Shown here: positions 1 through 9,129 of the stretch, one piece after another
Numbering within the stretch: the first letter of the stretch is position 1
How the letters are laid out: each line of letters opens with the position of its first letter
Assembly (NCBI GenBank): GCA_002269645.1
Contig: NIVC01004993.1
Coordinates: forward strand, 1 to 29,149
DNA length: 29,149 nt
Source of the DNA: Macrostomum lignano
Lineage: Eukaryota
Direction: 5' to 3'
Notes under the pieces: generated by a model
Seen by the model: only the letters and a program-made list of their open reading frames with translations
Database searches by the model: none
What the model was told of the DNA's origin: nothing
Made by a program: the position numbers and the translations under genes

Positions 1-1729
1 TTTTATGTTTTATGTGTCAAACTAAAGATAATTTTGCAAACAAAAAACTGTCATTTGAATTTCCTTTCTATCTGGTTTCAGTTAGAGTTATACCAGGGAA
101 TGTGAGGGAAGGTCAGTACTAATGTTATACAGCCTCAAATGTCTGTGGTGTCCTTTTGCATCAAATTTTTCCAAAAATTAACTGTGAAATTGTTGTTAGA
201 AAGATATGGAAATGTCTATATATGAAACCAGTAAAATTGGTGGTGTAGTGTATTTAATCTAGTGGTGTCAGCACTTGCTTATTTCATATTAAATGCTTAT
301 GTTTAGCTAAAGATTTAAATATAAGTTCTCTCCATAGCCTTGCAATTCTAGACTAGTTTATACTAAACTTTCTCCTATCTTTGTATTTAAAAAAACACTG
401 TGTCAATGGTAGTAGTAATAGCTGCTATACTAGCAATGGTATGCAATGATATCATCTATCACCTTTTTGTCTACTATAGATAAAACAAATTTTTCAAGCA
501 TGTCTAAAGATTAATTTTTTGGTAAGGGTCTCACTGAGACTGAAACTCTTTATTCAGAGTTCTGAGTGCTACAACTTAATATGTAGCTTATAGGCCTAAA
601 ATATTCTATGGGCATAGCAGACAAAATGACCAAATTAGTAAACAAAATGACTTTGTATTAGGCCCTAGCAGACAAAATCCTATCAACCCTAGCAGTTAGC
701 AACATGCCAATATAAAATTTCCAACTCAAATTTATGCCAATAATAGTTTTTGTTATAATTTGATCTATAATTCATTCAGATTTTTTAGTTGAATATTTCA
801 TATCATTGATATTTAGGTTAATATAATAATATAAAAGTATAAAAAAGTTACTACTCTTTTTACCTAATTTGCTTATACCAAATCATTGGCCAGCAATGCA
901 AGTGTTTAAGTATAAATAAGTCCTACTAATATTTAATATTAGTGCAAGTATATAGGCCCTAATTATATTAACAAATGTACTTATAAAGCCAAATGTTAAG
1001 TTTGCATAGCACAAGCTGCACAGCTAGTATATTAATATCAATAAAACTTACTAATATGGTAACTTCAACATCGGAACTGCTCCCTTTGCTTTTCTGAGTC
1101 CCCTTAAACTTTGATCCATTGTACAGTAGCGTTATTGAAGACGAATGTGCTGCTTTTACTGGCATAGGAAGAGGTAGGCTGCAGTTATATAAGCAACCAA
1201 AACCGTACATGTTGCTTTGCTTCGTTTAAATTTAGTATATAGGATTTAGTATATTTAGATTTTGTTGGGCACAATTATAAATTCAAAACAAGCAGTCAAA
1301 CATGCCAAACGTTTACGACACCTTAACTTATATGTATCGCCGTATCGGATCGTCTGTCATGGAAATTATTCTTGTAAAGTTGTCTTTTTTAGAATCAGGT
1401 TCTAAAGTAATGAGACGTTTAAACAAACCAAAGTTTTGATAAAAACTCGTTTAAACAAAAATATTTTTTTCTTGCCTGATTTGAATTAATTTTTTAAATC
1501 TATTCGAATCTAAGGACAGTTAATATGATTACAAATATTTGCATTTTTAGATTGGCGCCGGAATTTTCTACGTCATATTTTAGCATTATTAGTTTTGGAA
1601 GTGCTTATCCCCACGGTCCCGTGCCGATAATTCCAATTTTATCCACACGGATCCGTGTCGATAATTTCCAGCTGCAGAGTAGCCATAGATTCACTAATGA
1701 GCTGTGTAAAATGGGTGCTGTTTCTTTGA

Positions 1730-2430
1730 TGGCTGCTCTGCAGCCACAGTGAGTTTTCTCAGGGTGAGTGGCAGGGTGGGGTGCCGATGGTGCTGGCCAT
1801 ATAGAGCTGTGGCTGCGGGCATTCATAAAGCACTTGTCGGACAAATTACAAGTGACAAGTGACAATTCCAAAAAATAATGCGTTTCATAAAAATTACAAC
1901 TACAACTTGACAAATCGACAAATCGACAAGTGACAAGTGACAAGCGAAATTTGACAAATTAGCTCGTACAAGCGTTTCTTCGGGAGTTTCGTCCATAGAC
2001 ATGCACTAAGCTGGATGCTTCTGTGTAAAAATACTTCCTCTTGTCATGTGTTTTTGACAAGTCGCTGTGACACTGTAGCTTTTATCAAATCGTTTTCTTA
2101 TGTTTTATCTTAAACTTTTGAGCACTTTTAGACTTCTGGCTTGACCGAGAAGAACATAGAGGCCGTCTTTTAAGCAAATCCGTCAAAGCAAAGCAAGACA
2201 TAACTCCAAAAATTTTGGTCTGTGGTCAAAAGGCTCGATCGATTTTATAAGGTGGTTCAACCATAGACACACAAGTGAGTTATTTTTAACACTAGTAACG
2301 CATGATGTTTATGAAACCAAAATCGTTGACGCTTGACACTTGTCACTTGTCATTTGTCGACTTGTCACTTGTCACTTGTAGTTTTTTTTATGAAATCGGC
2401 CCCAGATGGCAGATGGCTGCAGAGCAGCCA
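1730..2430. mobile_element. Degenerate foldback/MITE-like element with imperfect long inverted repeats built from TGACAAG heptamers (possibly PIF/Harbinger-like)
   Basis: TTTCATAAAA..(TGACAAG)n at 1883-1945 is the imperfect reverse complement of (CTTGTCA)n..TTTTATGAAA at 2337-2395. An outer 17-bp inverted pair TGGCTGCTCTGCAGCCA (1730-1746) / TGGCTGCAGAGCAGCCA (2414-2430) flanks it. The right end reads GGGGCCGATTTCATAA on the minus strand, which resembles Harbinger termini as I recall them. No TSD found. Confidence 0.5.
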
Positions 2431-3229
2431 GCGGGTTTGAAGGTGTTAAAAATGCTTTCTGCACATTTTGAGCGTGCCAGATTCATATTGCTATTCATAC
2501 GCTGGAACAAGTGTAAGAAATAGCTAGGCTTCCTCTTTAATTGATTTAATAGGAAGAAGGGAAATCCAGAATCCAGAGAGAAAGAAAAAATCCAGGTGCA
2601 TATCTTTTTGGTGACTTGCAGACGTACGATCGTAGTTTAGAATTTTTTGTTTTTATTTAGCACTGGAGTAGAACCATCTTTACAGCAACCACTCGCTGCG
2701 ATAATGAGCAGGCTCGCTGATGAAGCATTCAATCATTGTCATCAGAGTCAGAGCTAGCACCTTTTAGCGTTTAATTTATAGTTACGCGAGCGTACCGGCT
2801 TCCCGATCTTACCAATGATTAACACGAGACGGGGTCGTGAAGAACACTACTAGTTCTATGAGTTTGGAAAGCTGCATGGTCTGCAAGGACAAAGTCGGCC
2901 TGTTCATCCACTGCATGAGACGCAATTGGGTAAACCCAACCAGAAGTCCCAGATCAGGATTAATATAATATTTGGATTACTTGGCTAGCTAGTGCTATTA
3001 CGCATAAATTGTTTGCCGATCACGCGGTTGCTGCGTGCTGCAGCTAATCGGGTGCACCTGGTTTCTGTTTCTGATCTGTCTGGTTGGCAACAGCTGGGCG
3101 CTGCCGGGACTGTATGAATGCGCCGTCGCAGGAAGAGGTTTAAGAAAGCTGTTTTCAGTCTGAGGCCGTGAAGAATGAAATTGCCCTATTCGGTCTCGCA
3201 GCCAGCAGTTTGCTAATAAACAGCAAAAT

Positions 3230-3778
3230 ATGAGACTTCTAGCTCAGCGCCTTCTGCAGCTCGCCTCGCTCATCGCAGCGGCGGCTGCGGCATTGAGTCT
3301 CGCCAGCCACCTGTTCTCCCGCTACGGCCCGGTGCGCCTCCTTTCCGTTGCTCAGCTGATGGATTCAAAAGTCCGAATCTCGAAGTCGGAGGGCAGCGGG
3401 TCAGCTGCGAGCTGGGCCGATCCCGGCACTGCAGGAGTCCGGCTGATTCACAAAGACGCGCAGCTGCCTACGGTCTGCTCGAACCTCACCTGCAAGGAGG
3501 CCTACGTCAGGCACCTGCTGGAGGCAGGCAGGCGCGAGCATCCGATCCCGCCGGTGCGCCACCTGCTGTGGAAGAGCGAAAATGTCTCGGCTTATTTTGC
3601 TAAGCAGCTGCGCACCTGGCGCCAGGTGCACCCCGACTGGACCGTGGTGCTCTGGAGAGATCAGGACTTGAAGCCCTTTGTTAGGAAGCACTTCCCCGCT
3701 GCGGTTCGTCGGTTCCTAGAGCTGGATAGTTCTCCCATCATGCAGGTGGACATGATTAGGTACATGCTGCTCTTCAAG
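3230..3778 (+). CDS. GT32 (DXD sugar-binding) glycosyltransferase, Sur1/Och1-like, exon 1 of 3
   Basis: ATG at 3230, N-terminal hydrophobic anchor, then IPPVRHLLWKS, WRQVHPDWTVVLWRDQD and QVDMIRYMLLFK. Donor AAG|GTAAGT at 3779, phase 0. Model join(3230..3778,4326..4795,5267..5453) gives 401 aa. Confidence 0.9.
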
Positions 3779-3783
3779 GTAAG

Positions 3784-4027
3784 TCGTGAGTCCGATGCTC
3801 CAACCACTAGGCTAACTGGACCCCCCTCTGAAGGTGGGGGGTTCGATTCCCGATCCCACTGGAACAATTTGTGTCTTTGAGCAAGACACTTAACTCTGCA
3901 TTGCTTCAGTTTACCCAGTTGTAAAATGGGTGCCAGCATTAGCTGGGGTGATTGAGGGTGTGTGTGGTGATCCCCCAACCCCCCCCCCCTCAAGCCCTTG
4001 GTGCACGTATAATCAATTATTATTATT
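3784..4027 (+). mobile_element. tRNA-derived CORE-type SINE with inverted 5' segment, in intron 1 of the glycosyltransferase
   Basis: B box GGTTCGATTCCC at ~3840. A CORE/MIR-like block TTGTGTCTTTGAGCAAGACACTTAAC...CAGTTTACCCAGTTGTAAAATGGG lies at 3869-3930, and an (ATT)n tail at 4016-4027. The A box TAGCCTAGTGG is present only on the minus strand within 3784-3826. Degenerate TSD TTCAAGGTAAG (3773-3783) / TTCAATGTAAA (4026-4036). Confidence 0.8.
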
Positions 4028-4325
4028 CAATGTAAACAGTCTCGGTTTGACTGTGATTATATTAGAAAAATATTATGATCACGTTGAGCAGCTTTGAGTT
4101 AGTCGCTTAATCGGGATTGGAAGATCGCAGGTCTGGGGCCAGGGTGGCGATCAATATGCTGATATACAGACAGTCTGCAATGACTCACAGCTTTGAGAAT
4201 TTGGAAGGGAGGGGCTGTGTTGAACAGCTTTGGCATTGAAGCCTCTCCAAAGCATAAAACAACAAAAAGCCCGTCACTGCCGAAAAGCACAAAAGCATAA
4301 CAAAAACTGCATATCCTACTTACAG

Positions 4326-4795
4326 TACGGCGGAGTGTACGCCGACCTCGACTACAGCCTGCTGGCCAGTCTGGACGAGTACCGCCGCTTCTACGCGGTG
4401 ATAACACGCGAGCCGGAGGTGCACTCGCTGCAGAACTTCGGCTTCCAGTGGCCGCCGAGGCCCTTCGCCAGCCCAGCCTTCATGATGTCGGCGCCGGGCC
4501 ACAGCTTCTTCCGGTACAGTCTGGAGAGGCTACAGAAGAAGCCGTTTGTGAAGAATCAGCCGTCCACATTCGCTGGACCGTATGCGCTCTCGTACTTGCT
4601 GGAGGACTACTTGCGGGACTTCCCGGTGGCCAACTCGGCACTGGAGACTGTGTACCTGCCGCCCTCCTACAGCTTCCACCCGTACGAGGGCAACCGGCTG
4701 AACACCTCGGGCAGCGCCTACATGCAGCAGCGGGTGGACTCCATGCGGAACGCCTGCCGGGGTGTCAGGCCGAACTCGGCCGAGCAGCTCAAAAA
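4326..4795 (+). CDS. GT32 glycosyltransferase, exon 2 of 3 (YGGVYADLD DXD motif)
   Basis: Acceptor TTACAG|TAC at 4325/4326 joins in phase 0 to give LLFK-YGGVYADLD (DLD at 4344-4352). Donor AA|GTGAGC at 4796, phase 2. Confidence 0.9.
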
Positions 4796-4852
4796 GTGAG
4801 CTGATTTTTCAGCTGCCACTTTCCGCTTCTGCTGGTCTTATTGCCGAGTGTA

Positions 4853-5139
4853 GGGTTCGGGTGTCCCAGTCTGGGGCAGCGGGTTCGGGTGTCCCAGTCT
4901 GGGGCAGCGGGTTCGGGTGTCCCAGGCTGGGGCAGCGGGTTCGGGTGTCCCAGTCTGGGGCAGCGGGTTCGGGTGTCCCAGTCTGGGGCAGCGGGTTCGG
5001 GTGTTCCAGGCTGGGGCAGCGGGTTCGGGTGTCCCAGTCTGGGGCAGCGGGTTCGGGTGTCTCAGGCTGGGGCAGCGGGTTCGGGTGTCCCAGGCTGGGG
5101 CAGCGGGTTCGGGTGTCCCAGTCTGGGGCAGCGGGTTCG
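4853..5139 (+). repeat. 28-bp G-rich minisatellite, ~10 copies (GGGTTCGGGTGTCCCAGTCTGGGGCAGC), in intron 2 of the glycosyltransferase
   Basis: Direct tandem repeat visible in the sequence, with few substitutions (CAGTCT/CAGGCT). Confidence 0.97.
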
Positions 5140-5266
5140 TGAATAAGCAAGACCAACTCGAATCACTCGTTGAACTTGGATGTAGATCTCCAATGAACTG
5201 GTTTACATGCATCAAAATCGCCTACATGGCAAGGAGCAACACTGCTCAGCACCCCCTCCTGCGCAG

Positions 5267-5453
5267 GTACTGCAAGGACCCGAACAACATGGACCCCATC
5301 ACGGACCGGACCCAGCCTGTTGTGGCCGTGCACGACTTGAAGAAATCTGGCGCGGTGTACGACGGCGTCGGCACCAAGTTCTACTTTGAGAATGCGGAGC
5401 CCATCAGGAAGGCGGTGGGAGCTCAGCTGCAGCTGGGCCGGGACTGGCTCTGA
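5267..5453 (+). CDS. GT32 glycosyltransferase, exon 3 of 3
   Basis: Acceptor CCCCCTCCTGCGCAG|G matches the phase-2 donor (AA+G = Lys). Reads YCKDPNNMDPITDRTQPVVAVHDLKKS...DWL*; the AVH resembles the C-terminal His motif of GT32. GC3-rich codons and AATAAA 48 nt after the stop. Confidence 0.8.
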
Positions 5454-5500
5454 CCCGCTGCTCAGCACTGAACTAATTAATTTGATTGACATTCCGACAA

Positions 5501-5506
5501 AATAAA
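5501..5506 (+). promoter_or_regulatory. Polyadenylation signal of the glycosyltransferase gene
   Basis: AATAAA shortly downstream of the stop codon at 5453. Confidence 0.6.
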
Positions 5507-5535
5507 TTAACCAGTCCGTCAGAGTCAAACTTTCA

Positions 5536-5541
5536 TTTATT
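5536..5541 (-). promoter_or_regulatory. Polyadenylation signal of the DEG/ENaC gene
   Basis: TTTATT on + (AATAAA on -), ~155 nt past the stop at 5697. Confidence 0.55.
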
Positions 5542-5696
5542 TGTTATCAACATGATGACAGTTTAGCAGCACTTAGTAAAACTATTATTAGCGATTCGTA
5601 GTTAAACAGTTGATTGTACAGGTGTTAATGATGCTCTGGGCCGATGGGTAATGCCGTGTTGCTAAGTACAGTGGGGTCAACCTACACTCAGCTCGC

Positions 5697-7507
5697 TCAG
5701 CTGTAGTTGAAGCGGAAGGCGGCGTGGGAGGCGCACAGGGTGGTCAGCAGCTCCAGCAGCTCGGCCAGCGAGATCACGGAGGACCCCATCCAGAGGCCGA
5801 GGATGCCGCCGAGATGCGACAGCAGGTCGACGGTGGAGTAGCTGCGCTCCTCCGCGATGTACACCACGCTGAGGCTGAACGGGTACACCTGCACCCTTAG
5901 GAAGTGCCTGGAGATGAACTCCTGCACCTGCAGGCAGTGCGACTCGTTCGCGAACCTCCTGCTGCTGTCCATGCGGGTGCAGTCGCCAGGCCGCAGCCGC
6001 CGGGCCCGCACGGCCCTCACCACAGCGGGCAGGCGGGCATCGGGCAGGCTGGAGTTGGCGAACTGCTTCAGGTACGAGTCCAGGATGCCGGAGAAGGTCT
6101 GGAAGATCAGCCTGGCGTCGTAGCGGCCGTGCTGGTGGCTGGCGGAGTCGGGCAGCTCGGAAGTGAAGATCTGAAACTGGTAGCTCGATGAGGAGCACTG
6201 GTCCTCTGCGTGCTCAGCCTCCTGCACCAGCTGCTCGGCCAGTCTCAGGTGGCAGCGCAGCGACTCCCAGTTGCTCCACAGGTCCGGCATGTTGAGCCTG
6301 ACGAGCTCCCTGCAGGCTGAGAAGTTCGCCGCCTTGAGCAGCCCATCGCACAGGTCGCTGATTCTCCGCTGGAATCTTCGGAAGCCGCCGCTCTGAGCGT
6401 CGAAGAGGTCGGCGCAGTGCCGGCTCGGCCTCAGGTGCGTCGGCAGGCCGACGGGGCCGGTGGGGAGGCAGCCGCACCTGGCCTGCACCTGCGCCGCCTC
6501 CTGCCACTCCAGCCGGTCCGCCAGGCTGGTCTTGTAGGTCCTCACCGTGGGCACCAGCGGGTCCCGAACGGAGAACTCCGAGGCCTCCTCGCACGGTCTT
6601 TGCGGCGTGTTGAGCAGCTGAGTTCGCACCTCCCGGAGCCCGATCTTCGTCTCGTGGCTGGTGGCAGCCATGATGGAGTCCTCGCTCACCCTCGGCATCG
6701 AGTCGGGCTCGTGCGCCGTCACCAGCACCCCGTTCGTCTCCAGACCCGTATCCGTTGAGCCGTCCAGCATCGCCGGGTCGCTCCAGTTGCGGAAGTGCGG
6801 GTCGGAGGCTGGCGAGTACATGATGAGGCTCAGGCCATCGTGCGGCCTCTCCTGGCTGCCCTCGGGGCGGAAGGTGAAGCAGTTGCCGTACTGCCGGTGG
6901 TAAAAGGCCGAGAACTGCGAGGGCTGGCACAGCGAGCCGCAGAACTTGCACTGGATCAGCAGGTCCTGCACGGACAGCCCCAGGGCGGTGGCGTTTCCAA
7001 GAAAGTGCAGCCCCGGCACCGACTTGGGCAGCTCGAAGACGCCGTGCGAGAGCGTCAGGAAGCTGCTGAGGTCCGGGATTCGCTTCAGCGCGTCGGGGTA
7101 GCCCGCGCTGAAGAAGCGCATCTGCCAGGCCTCGCACACGGTCACGCTGGGAATCTGAAGTCGTTGAGGATCTCCCGCGTTGAGGACTGCAGCGGGAACT
7201 TGTAGTACTCAGACACTTGCTGGAACACGTGCAGGCCCAGGCAGCTCAGCATCACGGCCAGGACCGCCGCCCAGGCGAGGCCGCAGGGCGTTGAGCCCAC
7301 GTGCCACAGGCCGTGGATTGCCGCGGTGTCCAGGAACTTCGCCACCGTCCGCCTGCGATGGCGGGACAGCGCCAGCTGGCGGTACTTGGCGCCACCAACG
7401 ACGGAGGCTGGCGCGGCTGGGGCGCGGGACGGCCTCGGGGATGCGTGGGCCGCTGCCGACTCCTCCCGCAGCACCCACACAGGCGGCTCCTCCAGCGGGA
7501 TCTGCAT
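5697..7507 (-). CDS. DEG/ENaC (amiloride-sensitive sodium channel family) subunit, ~603 aa, apparently single coding exon, one frameshift at 7149-7151
   Basis: FLDTAAIHGL (HG motif), TM1, FP|SVTVC split across two frames, LLIQCKFCG, YGNCFTF, GVLVTAHEPDSMP, CGC, and TM2 signature DLLSHLGGILGLWMGSSVISLAE. Adding one G to GGG(7149-7151) fuses ORFs 7142..7507 and 5697..7145. An acceptor-like TATTTCAG lies 40 nt upstream of the ATG. Confidence 0.92.
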
Positions 7508-8713
7508 GGCAAGGCTGAGCGCGGGCCGTTGCGGTCTCAGCTAATGCCTGAAATACCCTCAGTTGGCAGTGCCTCCCGCCCGGGGATTTCCTGATTTGCT
7601 TGTTAGTCCTGCACCGGTCTCACTCCCAACCGCCTCCGCCAATCCCAAGGGACGCCAGACCTGTCGATCCAACTGACAGGCAAAGTTTGCCCCGGCGCGG
7701 TACAGAAGCCCTGCGCCCGTGCCGCCCGCCCGCCCCAGAATTAATTGACGCCCGCGGGCTTACCGCGCCAGGCAGTGGAACTCATTCCTTTCCCGCCCGC
7801 CACAGCAGCAGCTGCGGGAAAGGACCCGGCAGCGGGACAAAGGGGCCGGGAAGCGGGGTGGAGCCGGTGGAAGCCGGCAGAGACCGACTCGGCTTCCGGA
7901 CTGAAGTGGAGGAAGTGCGGGACTCGCAGCAGCTGATCAATGCAGAGAAGCCTCTGCTACATTGCTGCAGCCTGGCTGAGCCGCAGCAGAATGCAATTAG
8001 GAAAATCGATACACCCCAGATCAAGAGATCCAAAAAACACGAGAAATACAAAATTGCCGCTGGAATTTTTCGCTATCTATTTTAGTGCGGTTGGTTGGTC
8101 TGAGTTATTAAAGTTAAATAGCCACAGCATTGATAAATATATTTGCGATGATAGAATTCGCATCAAAGTGCATTTCCGTATCTGCTGTTCATTTTCAAGG
8201 TGGCCTGGCACGCAAAACGGTTCCTGCGGTCACGAAATTTTGGATAAATATTTGGACTGTGCAAAAATGTAGAGCAATGCGCGCAGCTAGCTACTTAAAA
8301 TAAGTAGAAATGGAAGAGCATTCGAATAAAATTTCGTTGGTGTTGAATAACTTGAAAATGTTAAAAGTACATTTAGAAGGGAATTAATGAACTATCAAAA
8401 GCGAATAAAAACTGGTAGACACATGGAATGTGACAAAAGGTAGAAATTGATGTTGAAAAAATCAGTCACGGACACTGAAAATATTTCTTACAAGTCTCAA
8501 AATGGGATTGGAGATAATGACAAAGCAGAAATTAAGAAAACCAAGCAGTTGGTACAGAACTGCGAGTTCAATCAAGTTGACGGTCTTGATAAGCCAAAGC
8601 TTGCCGTTTACAACAGGATCAAAAACTTTAAAGAACAGTAAAGTAATGGAAGCAGTGTCGCTTTCAATTGGTCCGGAAGCAGTTGACGAACTGGCTTTGT
8701 GAGAGTTAGGAAT

Positions 8714-9129
8714 GGGGAATGATTCTCATGGGGCGGTGAGGGAGTGATTCTCATGGGGTGGAGGGGAGTGATTCTCAAGTAGTCGTAGGGGAGTGATTCT
8801 CATGGGGTGGTGGGGGAGTGACCCTCATGGGGTGGTGGAGGAGTGATTCTCAAGTAGTTGTGGGGGAGTGATTCTCATGGGGTGGTGGAGGAGTGATTCT
8901 CAAGTAGTTGTGGGGGAGTGATTCTCATGGGGTGGTGGAGGAGTGATTCTCAAGTAGTTGTGGGGGAGTGATTCTCATGGGGTGGTGGAGGAGTGATTCT
9001 CAAGTAGTTGTGGGGGAGTGATTCTCATGGGGTGGTGGAGGAGTGATTCTCAAGTAGTTGTGGGGGAGTGATTCTCATGGGGTGGTGGAGGAGTGATTCT
9101 CAAGTAGTTGTGGGGGAGTGATTCTCATG
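8714..9129 (+). repeat. Minisatellite of alternating 25-bp A/B units (50-bp period)
   Basis: A = GAGTGATTCTCATGGGGTGGTGGAG and B = GAGTGATTCTCAAGTAGTTGTGGGG. B starts at 8841, 8891, 8941, 8991, 9041 and 9091. Copies are more degenerate at the left end. Confidence 0.97.

Noticed and set aside
1-1500. AT-rich region with an 80-aa ORF (968-1210)
   Set aside because: No motif, codon bias or splice support; treated as intergenic.
2858-2970. Short MSLESCMVCKDKVG... reading resembling a zinc-finger start
   Set aside because: Only one CxxC, no second ligand pair, an early stop and no supporting splice structure.
3784-3860. Possible tRNA-Val(CAC) gene
   Set aside because: The cloverleaf exists only after inverting the 5' half, and it runs into a CORE domain and (ATT)n tail. 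It is a SINE head.
4762-5215. Several 100-180 aa ORFs on both strands
   Set aside because: They are translations of the 28-bp intronic repeat. Only 5267-5453 is supported as an exon.
5677-7594. Many overlapping alternative-frame and antisense ORFs over the DEG/ENaC gene (likewise over DUS3L and eIF3g)
   Set aside because: These are expected shadows of GC-rich coding sequence, with no recognisable motifs.
7600-8272. 161-aa and neighbouring + strand ORFs upstream of the channel
   Set aside because: Low-complexity Pro/Gly/Arg content, a TTG start and no domain. This is more plausibly the GC-rich 5'/promoter region of the DEG/ENaC gene.
8290-8702. A-rich Lys/Asn-rich short ORFs, possibly a decayed transposase
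   Set aside because: No recognisable catalytic or DNA-binding motif and no termini.
8714-9129. CRISPR-like constant-repeat/spacer appearance
   Set aside because: The fillers are only 13 bp and alternate between two sequences rather than being unique. There are no cas genes and the context is eukaryotic.
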